DNA of 64,000 nucleotides, taken from assembly GCA_963675785.1 (NCBI GenBank), contig OY776562.1:1024001-1088000 (forward strand). Direction: 5' to 3'. Of the stretch, positions 10,301-21,225 are shown one piece after another. The position numbers and the translations under genes were made by a program. Below the pieces are notes generated by a model, which made no database searches, was not told the origin of the DNA, and saw only the letters and a program-made list of their open reading frames with translations. The first letter of the stretch is position 1, and every line of letters begins with the position of its first letter. Origin of the DNA: Anaerolineae bacterium (lineage in GTDB: Bacteria; Chloroflexota; Anaerolineae; UBA1429).

Positions 10301-11571
10301 GAAGCGGATGCTACCAGTTCTTCTGTCTCGTCAGGGTCTTCTTCAGTATGAGCTTGAGGCAGTACGATGGCGAGGAGAAGCGCTGGAATGCCGACAAGCG
10401 CGCCGAGCAAAAAGAACTGTTGGTAGCCTGCGTTATCGATGAGCACGCCACCACCTTGAGCAATGAGGACAAAGGCAGCGCCTGCAGAAGCACACCATAT
10501 GCCTGACATGCGGGGGCGTTCATGCGGCTTGATGAGCCGCATCTGATACTCTGAGCTTGCGGCAAAGAACAGGGCAGCGATGCTTGTTTCAGCCACAATG
10601 CTGACGACGGCGGCAATGGGCGTTCTGAACAGACCGATTGGTAGGGCGAATAAACCCATTAGTGTGACTGAGAGAACGATGCTTGTCTTTGAGCCGACGC
10701 GTTCTGTGATCGACGAAGCCGAAAACGCGGCTATTACCGCCACTGCGATGGCGGTGGCATTGATCATACTGATGGTCGGCGTGGATAGGGCGAGTTGGCT
10801 GTCTAGATATGCGTTGCCGAATATCTGTACAGCTGCCTGCGACATCACGCCAAGAAATCCGAGCAGACCAACCAAAATAAATGGTTTTCGCGTTGTGGGG
10901 GGCAGTGTCTTTTGTTGATTACTGCTAAAAGTGGGCGATTCCAACGGTCCTAATTTCAGCAGTGGCCATAACGTCAAGGCTATAATTCCAAAGGATATCC
11001 ACAATCCAAAGCTGTAAGCCGCGGCAGAATTTGCCCTAATACCGGGCAGTAACAGTGCAATCCCCGGGAGCGCCCCGGCCATTAGGACGCCGATAAGGCG
11101 GCCGATGTTGCGCACGCCGATATTCATACCAAGTGCCCGTCCGCGCTGTCGCGGTCTAGCTGATGCAGAGTAGGCTGGTGGTTCCAGCGATGTGACCAAA
11201 CCCCAACCGAGACTGGCGCTTCCGTTGATCAGGGCCATCCAGAGCGTAGGCCAGGGACCACCCAGGAATTGTGCAAAGGGAAGCAAACCCATGCCCAGGG
11301 CGATGGTCATGGCACCGAGGATAAGCGTTTTCTGCAATCCCAAGCGCTTGGCTATTTTTGCGGAGAAAAGACTGCTGAGGGCATAGCAGGCTGAGCCAGT
11401 GGCGGATACGGCGCCAATAGCGCTGGCCGAAAGTCCTAATCGTAATTGAAACAGCACACCGAGCACGCCGTTGATACCGATCAATGAGGTGCCGTAAAGT
11501 GTGGATGCTGTCAGGAGAAGATACACCTGCCTGGAGAAAGGAGGCACGAACCGCTGAAAACGCCTTATCAT
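10297..11571 (-). CDS. MFS transporter
   Basis: About 12 TM segments with MFS-like loops. Confidence 0.8.
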   Translation of the reverse strand: MIRRFQRFVPPFSRQVYLLLTASTLYGTSLIGINGVLGVLFQLRLGLSASAIGAVSATGSACYALSSLFSAKIAKRLGLQKTLILGAMTIALGMGLLPFAQFLGGPWPTLWMALINGSASLGWGLVTSLEPPAYSASARPRQRGRALGMNIGVRNIGRLIGVLMAGALPGIALLLPGIRANSAAAYSFGLWISFGIIALTLWPLLKLGPLESPTFSSNQQKTLPPTTRKPFILVGLLGFLGVMSQAAVQIFGNAYLDSQLALSTPTISMINATAIAVAVIAAFSASSITERVGSKTSIVLSVTLMGLFALPIGLFRTPIAAVVSIVAETSIAALFFAASSEYQMRLIKPHERPRMSGIWCASAGAAFVLIAQGGGVLIDNAGYQQFFLLGALVGIPALLLAIVLPQAHTEEDPDETEELVASAS

Positions 11572-11799
11572 GAATCCCTCATCAATCTATATACATGCAG
11601 GATCAAGCGCAACGTCAGAGGAAGAGCCGCGCATCAGAGGCAGGTAATTCACTCGTAGGGCCGTGATGCGCTTTTTGTCTGCCCCACGATGGACATACTT
11701 TATATTGTCATCTAAAATCGGCACGCCCTGCGCAAAGCAGGACATATACACGAGTCTATGGTCTAGTTGAATCCTGTCAACTTGCTATGAAGGAGTTCT

Positions 11800-13128
11800 A
11801 TGCCATTTGTGCGTACGCAGGCTGAACATTTCTCCCAGTCAATGGTGCATTGTCGTCGTGACTTTCATCAACACCCCGAGATGGGCTGGACCGAGTTCCG
11901 CACCGCTTCGCTGGTTGCGGAACGTCTTGATTCCCTTGGCTGGCAAGTTCATATTGGCTCTGAGGTGGTTGATTCAGCTTCACGAATGGGACTGCCAGAC
12001 GAGGATGTGCTCGAGACGTGCTGGCAGCGGGCCAAACAAGAGGGCGCGCCAGAGTTCTGGCTGGATCGCGTGCGCGGTGGATTTACAGGCGTGGTAGGTA
12101 TTCTTGATTGTGGCCCTGGGCCGACTCTGGCCATGCGTTTTGATATGGATGCGTTGGGTGTGCAAGAGAGTTTGGATGACGCCCATCGCCCGACGAGGGA
12201 AGGGTTTGCTTCACAGCATGACGGCGTCATGCATGCTTGCGGCCATGATGCCCACACATCGGTTGGACTGGCCGTGGCCGAGGCTTTGTACGCACTCAAG
12301 GATGATCTGCATGGACAAATTCGACTAGTGTTTCAGCCGGCAGAAGAAGGCGTGCGTGGCGCTCTCTCGATGGTCAAGGCGGGGGTTTTGGATGGGGTCG
12401 ACTATTTTGTCGGGCATCACGTAACAACGAGCCGAGCCTGCAAAGAGATGATTGCGGGCATGGGCGGCTGGACGGCAACCCAAAAGTTCGATGTTTTTTT
12501 CCGCGGTGAGCCAGCACATGCCGGTGGAAATCCACAGGGTGGGCACAATGCTCTGCTAGCTGCTGCCGCGGCTGTAACCGGCTTGTATGCCATTCCTCGT
12601 CATAGTGATGGCCCTACACGCGTCAATGTAGGTCAACTGTTCGCGGGCACGGGGCGTAATGTCATTCCTGATCGGGCGCAAATGCTCTGTGAGGTGCGCG
12701 GCGTCGATACCGAGCTCTGTGCCTATATGTATGAAAAAGCTTTGTGCGTGGTGGCTGCTGCCGCCGACATGTATGGGTGTTCTGCCGAGGTCAAGGAAAT
12801 GGGCAGTGCGCCGTCCGCTTCCAGTTCGCCCGAGTTGGCCGAGCGCGTGGTGAGTTTAGCAGCGCAGGCAATGCCTTATATCGCCTTCTTCCCGGCTGTA
12901 GCTTCTGGTGGCAGCGAGGATGCCACCTATATGATGCGGGCGGTGCAAGAAAGCAAGGGACAGGCTGTGATGATAGGCATAGGAGCAGACTATGCCATTG
13001 CTGATTATCCAGGGGCAGCGGAAAAGCCTCCTCTTGCGGCGCATACTTCGACCTTTGATATCAACGAAGGGGCTATGGTTGAAGCGCTGGATCTGTTGTG
13101 TAACCTGGCGCTAGATCTTCTGGCCTAA
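11800..13128 (+). CDS. M20D amidohydrolase (AbgA-like)
   Basis: RRDFHQHPE, RFDMDAL, MHACGHDAH, FQPAEEG, GSED. Confidence 0.88.
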   Translation: MPFVRTQAEHFSQSMVHCRRDFHQHPEMGWTEFRTASLVAERLDSLGWQVHIGSEVVDSASRMGLPDEDVLETCWQRAKQEGAPEFWLDRVRGGFTGVVGILDCGPGPTLAMRFDMDALGVQESLDDAHRPTREGFASQHDGVMHACGHDAHTSVGLAVAEALYALKDDLHGQIRLVFQPAEEGVRGALSMVKAGVLDGVDYFVGHHVTTSRACKEMIAGMGGWTATQKFDVFFRGEPAHAGGNPQGGHNALLAAAAAVTGLYAIPRHSDGPTRVNVGQLFAGTGRNVIPDRAQMLCEVRGVDTELCAYMYEKALCVVAAAADMYGCSAEVKEMGSAPSASSSPELAERVVSLAAQAMPYIAFFPAVASGGSEDATYMMRAVQESKGQAVMIGIGADYAIADYPGAAEKPPLAAHTSTFDINEGAMVEALDLLCNLALDLLA

Positions 13129-13175
13129 AATGAGAGGATGCAGTTTGTCTTCTGCATCCTCCAATGTGGTTCTCT

Positions 13176-14195
13176 CTACTCGGAGACGATGGCTCTATAG
13201 ATCGTCTGAGCATAAAATGCGTGCCCCCAGTCTCCCGGGTGGTTGAGTCCGTTGGCATACAGACTGATGGGGCGTTTGCGCGCCAGTAACTCTTGCCAGG
13301 GTGTGGTCAGATCGGCCAGAGCACACCCTTCACCGCAGAGCGCCGCCAGGGCGTCGCGGTAATCCTCATAGAGTTCGATGCCGCTTTCGGCGCGGTTTGG
13401 GTTGCCCCACATGGTCGCTAGCAACACAAACTCGCATTCTGGCGAGACCTCACGAATGCGCCGCATTTGTTCGGCAATGTTGTCGGCATAAGTTGCCGGC
13501 GGCGTTTTGTGGAACCCATCGTTCATGCCAAAGGCGATGATGCACAAACTGGGATGCGTGGGGAGTACGTTGTGGACGTTCTCTAGCCCCCAAACTGAAG
13601 TTGTACCCGGCACAGCGATGTTGGTCAGTGTGCAGTCCAGGTCATGATTTCTTTCCAGCATCAGGCAGAGACGCTCTGGGTAGGCGGGCTGCCAGGGAGA
13701 GCGCTGGATATACGCTGAGGCGTTACCCCCCGCAGAAATACTGTCGCCCCACACAGTAATGCGCAGATCGCGTTTCTGTTCAAGGGCCTGTCTGGTACGC
13801 GGCAAAAAGCCAGCTTTATGGGCTGTGGGAATATCCCACCCGTGATGCGTATAGCTGACAAGCAGTTGCCGGCTCCGAATATAGTTCTGCTCATCCCACA
13901 AAAGCCAGCGATTCGAGCCACGCTGAGTTCCTTTGGCCATAGGAGCTTTTGCCTCTGGATAGAGCACATCGCTGGTGAAAAAGGGGATTCGGCTCTCTGA
14001 TGTGAGAATCAGCCGTTTACCATCAAGCTCAAAATCGATGCCGCGATCATAATGAAGCGTGCCATCACTGTTGCATACCGCCAGCAACTCTTGAGGTTGT
14101 AAGAGCAATTGTCCATTGGCTGGCTGGTTATTCTCAGAAATCGGCAAGAGGGGTTCTTCGTAGGCTACCGTGCTTTCGCTATAGAGCTTTTCCAC
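13176..14195 (-). CDS. SGNH/GDSL hydrolase
   Basis: GDSIS, FGMND, NHP. Confidence 0.82.
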   Translation of the reverse strand: MEKLYSESTVAYEEPLLPISENNQPANGQLLLQPQELLAVCNSDGTLHYDRGIDFELDGKRLILTSESRIPFFTSDVLYPEAKAPMAKGTQRGSNRWLLWDEQNYIRSRQLLVSYTHHGWDIPTAHKAGFLPRTRQALEQKRDLRITVWGDSISAGGNASAYIQRSPWQPAYPERLCLMLERNHDLDCTLTNIAVPGTTSVWGLENVHNVLPTHPSLCIIAFGMNDGFHKTPPATYADNIAEQMRRIREVSPECEFVLLATMWGNPNRAESGIELYEDYRDALAALCGEGCALADLTTPWQELLARKRPISLYANGLNHPGDWGHAFYAQTIYRAIVSE

Positions 14196-14207
14196 GTTGT
14201 CTTACCT

Positions 14208-15284
14208 TCAATTGATATCGAGAATCTGGCCGAATCCATTTACGGTTAGCAGGTATTCCTGATCGGGCTCAAAGGTCAGATACTCTTCCAAGCTATCGGG
14301 AGTATAAGCATAGTCTGTATCGCCATCGCTAAATACCACGGCATAAGTTTCGTAAGATTCACCCAAGCGCTGGTTAGCGACTAGAGAAGGAGTGGGCCAA
14401 CCTGTGGGCGTACCGTTGCCAGAGTTGCTCACTGTGTCGATGACGCCCCACGCTGTCGTTTCATAAGTACACCAGGGCGCATAAATTTCATAGACGCAAT
14501 CCTGAACGACCTGACCTACGCCGGTGCCCGTATCGACCACATAGGGCGTGCCACAAACTTCAACCGCTCCCTGCACCGGCTCTTCGGACGTACTCTGCAG
14601 GCGATCCTCACAAGAGAGCACCTTGGCACCAGTGGGGATCTCTTCCTCCCAATTTGCGGATTGTACAGGGACGAGACCTTCGATATCGATCGAGTAGCTC
14701 CAAGAAGTGCTGGTGACCGTGGCATTGATCTCGTCGCTCTTGTTGCATTGCGCCACGAATATGGAAATGATCAAGACGATTGCAGCCAGGATAGCAAAGA
14801 TAAGGATAGGGCGGCTTTTTTTCTGGGGTGTTCCTGCTTTTGGGGAGACACTCGGCTTGGCTAGTTTTCGCACTTCGGCCAGGCTGGCCCCACACTGAGA
14901 GCAGTTGTTGGCATTGGCAGGGTTTTCGGCACCACAGGCTGGGCAGGTGATGGATTCCGCCGTACCCTCTTCAAAGGCACCGAGCACTTGGCCCGATGCG
15001 AGCCGCTCCGCATCACTGAAATCGCCGCTACATTGCTTGCATTTGTCGGCCCCAGCGGGATTACGTGTGCCGCAGTATGGGCAAATGATATCAGCTCCGG
15101 CATTGGCGCGCGCTGCTGTTTCTGCAGAGGTATCGAGTTTGGCGCCCTGGCGCAGCTCAAAGGCGATGTCTTCAGGCATGGCTGCACCGCAGGCTTGGCA
15201 TTTCGCATCGGTGCCCTTGTTTACCGTGCCGCAAGCGGGGCAAGTCCATTCTAAATTCACATAACCAACAGTTTTGCGTACCAT
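14208..15284 (-). CDS. Zinc-ribbon repeat membrane protein
   Basis: Three CPxC...CxxC units, one TM segment, then an extracellular domain. Confidence 0.75.
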   Translation of the reverse strand: MVRKTVGYVNLEWTCPACGTVNKGTDAKCQACGAAMPEDIAFELRQGAKLDTSAETAARANAGADIICPYCGTRNPAGADKCKQCSGDFSDAERLASGQVLGAFEEGTAESITCPACGAENPANANNCSQCGASLAEVRKLAKPSVSPKAGTPQKKSRPILIFAILAAIVLIISIFVAQCNKSDEINATVTSTSWSYSIDIEGLVPVQSANWEEEIPTGAKVLSCEDRLQSTSEEPVQGAVEVCGTPYVVDTGTGVGQVVQDCVYEIYAPWCTYETTAWGVIDTVSNSGNGTPTGWPTPSLVANQRLGESYETYAVVFSDGDTDYAYTPDSLEEYLTFEPDQEYLLTVNGFGQILDIN

Positions 15285-15299
15285 ATTTTCTCCCCGGCC

Positions 15300-15770
15300 C
15301 TACTTGGCTTCCTCAAGATGCGAGGTGCATGCAGGACAGCGAACGGCTTCCAAAGGGATTTCTGTCTTGCAGAAAGGACAGGTTTTGGTTGTCGGCGTTT
15401 CCTCAGGTGTGGCGGGTTCTGGTTTGGCCTTGAGTCGGTTCAATTGCTTGACTATCACGAAAACAACCCAGGCGATGATCAAGAAACTAATAACGGTGTT
15501 GATAAAAACGCCATAGTTCATTGTGGGAGCGCCTGCTTCTTGAGCGGCGGCCAGCGAAGCGTAATCGCCGCCATCGAGCGCCCAAAAAAGGTTGCTAAAA
15601 TCCACCTTGCCCAGTAACAGTCCGATGGGCGGCATGACGATATCATTGACCAACGAGGTGATAATATCTTTGAATGCTGCACCGATAATGATGCCAACGG
15701 CCAAATCAATGACGTTGCCTTTGACAGCAAAGTCTTTGAACTCTTGTAGTAGTCCCTTTTTCTCGGCCAT
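15300..15770 (-). CDS. mscL: Large-conductance mechanosensitive channel with C-terminal zinc ribbon
   Basis: [24 protein letters not shown]; C-terminal CPFC...RCPACTS. Confidence 0.95.
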   Translation of the reverse strand: MAEKKGLLQEFKDFAVKGNVIDLAVGIIIGAAFKDIITSLVNDIVMPPIGLLLGKVDFSNLFWALDGGDYASLAAAQEAGAPTMNYGVFINTVISFLIIAWVVFVIVKQLNRLKAKPEPATPEETPTTKTCPFCKTEIPLEAVRCPACTSHLEEAK

Positions 15771-15782
15771 TTTGGCCTCCTG

Positions 15783-16751
15783 TCACTGAATCTCTGCGGG
15801 AGCGATATCGACAACAGCCATACTTTTGCGATCATAGGTATAGGCGATGTGGATAGTGCCATCCTGACCCTGGATGACAGCCGGGTAGGAATAGCGCCCC
15901 GGCTGATCCTCGAGCACCATGAAATCGCGCCATGTCTGGCCATCCACAGAAACTGCGGCCAGCAGTGGTGTGCGCGGGCCTCCCCATTGCCCTGGCTCGG
16001 GCCGGGTGGGATTGTAGATGAGCACGTGGCGCCCATCCGCCAGTGTGACGGCATCAACGCCCGAATTGGGATTGGGCATGTTTGTGGGCGCGGCGACAGA
16101 CCAGCTCTGCCCCTCATCACGGCTCCAACTTTGGTATAGCACACCCTGTTTGCTGCGCAAGAGTATTTGCAGAGCACCATGATGAACCAACACTGTGGGT
16201 TGGATCAGATCTGCCGGGGACGCGGCATCTGTCGGCACGGGAGTCTGCATCCACTGAGCCTGTGCCGGTGAATCCAGCAGTGCTTGCAACTCGACGCGTT
16301 CCATCACGGTGGTCCATGCAGAACTGGTTTCGAGGCTGGATGGACAGAGCAGTATGCCGTCGTCCAGCAAGATGGGTTTGTTTTTGATGGGCCCCAAAGC
16401 CTGAACAAGGCGAGTTGGGGTGGTCCACGTGCGTCCCCCGTCCCACAAAGTCATAACGTACGACCACCACTCGCGCGGGTTTGGCCCCGCACGGTAGAAC
16501 AAGAGGAGTCCGTTACCCTTCAGAGCCAGGGCAACCGGATTGTAGCAGGCATAGGTATCGTGTGCTGCGATTTGCCAGGGTTGAGCCCAAACGCCGTTCC
16601 GGCGTACAGATCCCCAGATAGTCACATCCGGGTTGCCTTCGCGTGTGCCTGCAAACCAGGCGCAAAACAATCCCCCGTCACTTAGTTCTGCCAACGTGAC
16701 GGCATGAACCTCCCCCCAAGTGCCAACCTCGAAAACCAGTTCGCGATTCAT
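15783..16751 (-). CDS. BNR-repeat sialidase-like protein
   Basis: WFAGTREG, GPIKNKP, Asp-boxes such as SRDEGQSW, YSYP. Confidence 0.82.
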   Translation of the reverse strand: MNRELVFEVGTWGEVHAVTLAELSDGGLFCAWFAGTREGNPDVTIWGSVRRNGVWAQPWQIAAHDTYACYNPVALALKGNGLLLFYRAGPNPREWWSYVMTLWDGGRTWTTPTRLVQALGPIKNKPILLDDGILLCPSSLETSSAWTTVMERVELQALLDSPAQAQWMQTPVPTDAASPADLIQPTVLVHHGALQILLRSKQGVLYQSWSRDEGQSWSVAAPTNMPNPNSGVDAVTLADGRHVLIYNPTRPEPGQWGGPRTPLLAAVSVDGQTWRDFMVLEDQPGRYSYPAVIQGQDGTIHIAYTYDRKSMAVVDIAPAEIQ

Positions 16752-17525
16752 CTACTCTGCCTTGGCCAAACGAGCAGCACGAGCTACCTTGTACAAGGCC
16801 AAAAGCGCCGCAATCAGCATAACGCAGCCGCTGACCAAGGCCACAGTGACCACAGACGCAGGCGTTGTCGAGCGGGCAGCGATACCGGTAAACGCCCATG
16901 AGAAAACCAGACCAAAGGCAGCATCCTTATTCCGAAAGACCGTGATAAGCCCAATGGCTGTGGCAATGATGAGCATGAGGATAGTCCAAACTTCTGGCGT
17001 AATGCCCCAGCCGCTCCAGCCTGCATCGACGAGGAAGAGAGCCGCGTTAGCGATGAGCGCCACCGAAATCCAGCCAGTATAGATACTAAAGGGGATATGG
17101 CACATCCAGCGATCGCGAATAGAAGCTCCCTGACGCATGGCAGCGAGTCGGATAAAGATGATCAGCAGGCTGGCAAACAGTGCGACCATCAGAATGAGGG
17201 ACAGCCAAAATGTCTCTGTGTGCCAGGCAAAAATCCAAGCGGCGTTAAAGGCGCAACTCAGCACATAGGGGAGCCAAATGGCCTCGACGCGCTTTTGTGC
17301 CTCTTCCTCATTGCGATAGGCGTATACCACAAAGGCAACCAATCCCAGATAAATAAGGCCCCAGATGGAAAAGACATAACCTGCCGGTGCAAAAAGGTTA
17401 TTGATCGAGTCTGAGACCTCGCCTGTAGTAACGCCAGCAATAGGCAAGATGTTGGCGAGTGCGTTTACTACAAGGACAACAAGTGTAGCAATCAGGATGA
17501 CAAAACTGCGCGAATTCTTTTTCAT
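16752..17525 (-). CDS. Tryptophan-rich TspO-like membrane protein
   Basis: PAGYVFSIWGLIY, NAAWIFAW, FSIYTGWISVA. Confidence 0.72.
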   Translation of the reverse strand: MKKNSRSFVILIATLVVLVVNALANILPIAGVTTGEVSDSINNLFAPAGYVFSIWGLIYLGLVAFVVYAYRNEEEAQKRVEAIWLPYVLSCAFNAAWIFAWHTETFWLSLILMVALFASLLIIFIRLAAMRQGASIRDRWMCHIPFSIYTGWISVALIANAALFLVDAGWSGWGITPEVWTILMLIIATAIGLITVFRNKDAAFGLVFSWAFTGIAARSTTPASVVTVALVSGCVMLIAALLALYKVARAARLAKAE

Positions 17526-17666
17526 CGCTACCTCCCAGTGTCATAGATTCCAACATTAACCATGATACCCTACCTGAAGACACTTCTCAATAGAAAAAGG
17601 GGTGACTCACAAAAGTGAGCCACCCTATCAAAAAGAGAAAAGAGCGCACATTCAACAATCTGGCGT

Positions 17667-18806
17667 CTATTGTCTTTCGTACATCAGCCAGGCGCGATTG
17701 CCGCAAACGTCGTTCAGAGGCAGCTTTTCAACAGCATCCCATAGATTGGCCTTGGGGAAGAGGCGGTTGACTTGCAAGAGGAGGGGCAGCAAATCGCCAC
17801 GGTCCATCTCGGTAATCTGAGGGTATTCCCAGGGCACAGCAGGGTCGCTGAATTGAGCCAGCCACTGCATGGCCTTGAGAATAGAGCCGCCGGCCTTGTT
17901 TTCATAGTGCCACAGATCAACGCCTGCCTGCTCTCCTTGTACGGCCAGGGTGATAAGGCCGCGCAGGTTGAATTTGCTGTAACTAAAGGCGCGTGTGCGA
18001 GCCAACTCTTCAGGCTGTCGGCCATCGGCAGTGATGTGCGGCTCAAAATGCAATACGATGGCCTGTTCCAACAGGTCTTTGGCCAAGGCCTGGTTACCCG
18101 TAAACAAGGCCATGCCCGCCATTTGTGCCGAGCACCAGGTGCCATGATTGTTGGGATGGAGGTGCTCTTGCTGACCCTTTTCGCTATCGCAGAGCCAATG
18201 CAAATAGGAGGCAAACCAGGCTTTGACGGCCCGGAAATCCTCGCTGGACAACGTGCCCAGTTCGGCGAGGACGATGGCACAATCGATGACGGGCAGCAGG
18301 CGATTGGTATCGATGATGCCAATATTACGCCCCTCACAAATGCCGGGGATGGCCTGGCCGTATTCGAGGTGCGGATTCATCCGTGTTTCCGGGCTAATGA
18401 ACCAGGTTCGCAAGAGCAGCGCGGCGTGCTGGGCGTGACGATGTCCGCCGCCATAATAGGCAGCCAGGGTCAATATGAGCACATCTTCGCTCAGATCATG
18501 GAGGGCGTCCGTGTCGCTGGCATTCCCCAAAAAGTCTGGGTTGCGCTCGCCATCGCGTCGTACATAGGGCAGGTGATCCGCTGTGTCCGGGTTTGGCCAC
18601 CAGTATGTGCCATAGCTGAGATAATCGTGCTTGTCACCCGAAGGCGGCAGGTTGGTCTTGTCCATCACGCTGTAGGGGCCGCGTTCCAGTGCCGCATTGG
18701 CCTCTCGGATCAGTACGCCATAGGCTGCGATATGACAGGGCGAGCCCGCCTCTAGCTTTTTCTTGATGGTTTCCAGTTGCTCAGTTCGAAACAACAAAGG
18801 CTGCAT
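17667..18806 (-). CDS. Alginate lyase family protein (PL5-like)
   Basis: PPSGDKHDYLS..YWWP, MNPHL, NNHGTW, QPEELART. Confidence 0.85.
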   Translation of the reverse strand: MQPLLFRTEQLETIKKKLEAGSPCHIAAYGVLIREANAALERGPYSVMDKTNLPPSGDKHDYLSYGTYWWPNPDTADHLPYVRRDGERNPDFLGNASDTDALHDLSEDVLILTLAAYYGGGHRHAQHAALLLRTWFISPETRMNPHLEYGQAIPGICEGRNIGIIDTNRLLPVIDCAIVLAELGTLSSEDFRAVKAWFASYLHWLCDSEKGQQEHLHPNNHGTWCSAQMAGMALFTGNQALAKDLLEQAIVLHFEPHITADGRQPEELARTRAFSYSKFNLRGLITLAVQGEQAGVDLWHYENKAGGSILKAMQWLAQFSDPAVPWEYPQITEMDRGDLLPLLLQVNRLFPKANLWDAVEKLPLNDVCGNRAWLMYERQ

Positions 18807-18816
18807 AACTCAGTCC

Positions 18817-20874
18817 TCACAATTTTGCGGTGCGTACCAACACGGCGGCACCATAAGGTGAAAGGTGGATGGTATCTGTTACACTTGAATCGCTCACCAG
18901 ATCGACATAATGTCCATCCAGCGTGATCTCTTGCGGGCAATCGCCATAGTTGCCCAAGAATACATAATCAGTCTCGCCATCGGTGCGCAACTGCGCCGTA
19001 ACGCCCTCGGGCAGCGCGGCAGATAGTACAGGCTTGATGCCCAGCTTTTGGCAAAGGCCTCTGGCAAAATCGGTGTGGAAATCGGCCCCGAAACGTGCAG
19101 CCACGTAATAGGCGCGTCCCTGGCCGTATTTGTGTACCGTTAGGGCAGGGGTATCTGCGTAAAAGTCAGAAGCATAGGTGCCCAGCACGCGCGCATCATC
19201 GGTATGGATGATGTCACAATAAAGGCTGCAAGTATAGTTTTCGGCCAATCCCAGTCCGTCGTCATCTACCAGGTTCATGGTGTTGGTCTCGCCTTCGTAA
19301 AGAGCATCTGTGTCCTCATCACGGATGTCCACAACATCGGCCAGCGGTCCGGGCCGAAAGGCCATATAACAGCGGTCGTACTCGTCGACGATCCCGCTCC
19401 AGTAGGTGAGCACCAGCGTGCCGCCCTGGCGTACGAAATCAGCAATACGATCTGCGGTTTCCTGCCGCACCATGTACAGCATGGGTGCGATGAGCAGTTT
19501 GTACTGGCTCAGGTCATGGTCGTGAGCGATCACATCTATGGGCACGCCCATATCCCAGAATGGACGATAGTGGGCCAGTGCAGTTTCCTCATAATCCTTG
19601 TGCTCTCTGCGAGGTCCCTGGGCGGCTTCCAATGCCCAGCGGTTGTCCACGTCGAACATCACCGCCACCTGAGGTTCGACGCTGGTACCGACGATGCCGT
19701 CCATCCGTTTGAGCACCTCACCAACCTCGGCCACGCCGCGGAATATGCGGGTATGCTCAGTGCCGTCGTGGTTCACCACAGCGCTGTGGAACTTTTCGCT
19801 GCCGCCGCGCCCAGCTCGCCACTGAAAATACTGCACAGTGTCGGAACCATGGGCTATGGCTTGCATTGATGCCAACATGTGCATACCGGGGCGCTTGTGT
19901 TTGGCCACTGGTGTCCAGTTGGTCACGCTGGGCGCCGATTCCATCAGCATCCAGGGCTTGCCGTTCTTCATGGCCCGAAAGCGATCATACTGAAAGGCGA
20001 CAGAGGCACCAATATTGGCATTGCCCGCGGGGTTGTGCCACAGGGGGTAAACGTCCAGCGACAGCACATCCAGATGGGGTGCCCAGGCGGCATAATCCAG
20101 GCCGTCAAAATAGGGCATCATGTTGGTGGTGATGGGCACGTTGGGTGTAATCTTGCGCAGGGGGGCCGATTCGGTCAGATAAAAGTCCAGCATCTGCTCG
20201 TTGCGAAAGCGGCGCCAATCCAACATCATACCGTGGATGGATTCGTCCACCGGATTGATCTGCTCCCAGTCAGTAAAAGTGTGGCTCCAAAAGCGGGACC
20301 ACCAACAGTCGTTCAGGTTCTCGATGGTGCCATAGCGCGCTTTAAGCCACTGGCGAAACGCCGAGAGGCACAACTCGCAGTGGCAGGGTCCACCGTTGTA
20401 CTCGTTACTCACATGCCACACCAGCAAAGCGGGATGATCTTTGTAACGTTCAGCGAGGTGTGTGTTCATTTCTACGCATTTGCTGCGATAGACGGGAGAA
20501 GTGGGGCAGTGGTTATGCCGGCCGCGTTGAGGCTCGCGCTGGCCATCCTGGCGGACTCGGCAAATCTCGGGGTACTTGTCCGCCATCCATACTGGCTTGG
20601 CACCGCTGGGCGTGGCCAGCACCGCATACATGCCATTTTTCGCCAGGCGATCCATGGTACTGTCGAGCCAATCCCAGTGATATTCACCTTCATGTGGTTC
20701 CAGGGCCATCCAGCTAAAGATGGCTACGCTGGGAGCGTTGATGCCAGCCAATTTCATGAGGCGGATATCCTCTTGGAGTACCTCGGGATAGCTCTGCCAC
20801 TGGTCGGGATTGTAATCACCACCGTGGATCATGTGGGGAAATTTGGGATTGATGGGATCATATTTCAATGCCAT
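18817..20874 (-). CDS. Beta-galactosidase, GH42
   Basis: GGDYNPDQW, WHVSNEY, LMES, EKFHSAV. Confidence 0.93.
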   Translation of the reverse strand: MALKYDPINPKFPHMIHGGDYNPDQWQSYPEVLQEDIRLMKLAGINAPSVAIFSWMALEPHEGEYHWDWLDSTMDRLAKNGMYAVLATPSGAKPVWMADKYPEICRVRQDGQREPQRGRHNHCPTSPVYRSKCVEMNTHLAERYKDHPALLVWHVSNEYNGGPCHCELCLSAFRQWLKARYGTIENLNDCWWSRFWSHTFTDWEQINPVDESIHGMMLDWRRFRNEQMLDFYLTESAPLRKITPNVPITTNMMPYFDGLDYAAWAPHLDVLSLDVYPLWHNPAGNANIGASVAFQYDRFRAMKNGKPWMLMESAPSVTNWTPVAKHKRPGMHMLASMQAIAHGSDTVQYFQWRAGRGGSEKFHSAVVNHDGTEHTRIFRGVAEVGEVLKRMDGIVGTSVEPQVAVMFDVDNRWALEAAQGPRREHKDYEETALAHYRPFWDMGVPIDVIAHDHDLSQYKLLIAPMLYMVRQETADRIADFVRQGGTLVLTYWSGIVDEYDRCYMAFRPGPLADVVDIRDEDTDALYEGETNTMNLVDDDGLGLAENYTCSLYCDIIHTDDARVLGTYASDFYADTPALTVHKYGQGRAYYVAARFGADFHTDFARGLCQKLGIKPVLSAALPEGVTAQLRTDGETDYVFLGNYGDCPQEITLDGHYVDLVSDSSVTDTIHLSPYGAAVLVRTAKL

Positions 20875-20992
20875 AAGCTCCTCCTCATCTACGGAGAAAA
20901 GTACAACTGCAAGCTGCATGTTATTCGTTTAAGATGATTTTGTCGAGCTAATCTTGGATTACTCGAACAAATTTTCGTGTGCACTAGGCCAT

Positions 20993-21021
20993 TTGACAGA
21001 TATCTGGTGAGAGTGTAGGAT
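20993..21021 (+). promoter_or_regulatory. Sigma70-type promoter upstream of the leader ORF
   Basis: TTGACA-17 nt-TAGGAT. Confidence 0.6.
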
Positions 21022-21049
21022 GGGGTCATGAAAAAGGAGGTATACGGCT

Positions 21050-21169
21050 ATGTTGATTAACCAAGCACTTTTGACTGTCGGAGCTGCGCGTTTGCGTAGC
21101 GCCGTCGTCGTGCGCGTTAGCAACAGGAGAGGTGTGCCTCGTGACGGTGGGGGTCCAGTCTACATTTAA
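21050..21169 (+). CDS. Putative 39-aa leader peptide (attenuator)
   Basis: AAGGAGG RBS; MLINQALLTVGAARLRSAVVVRVSNRRGVPRDGGGPVYI*; directly precedes a terminator. Confidence 0.6.
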   Translation: MLINQALLTVGAARLRSAVVVRVSNRRGVPRDGGGPVYI

Positions 21170-21189
21170 CCCCATCAACCAAGACTGAT

Positions 21190-21225
21190 AACCGGTCGCG
21201 AAGCACGAAAAGCGACCGGTTTTTT
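21190..21225 (+). terminator. Intrinsic terminator in the 5' leader of the ABC pair
   Basis: AACCGGTCGC...GCGACCGGTT followed by TTTT. Confidence 0.75.

Noticed and set aside
17772-20937. Long plus-strand ORFs (327, 221, 352 aa)
   Set aside because: Antisense shadows of the lyase and GH42 genes, with no motifs
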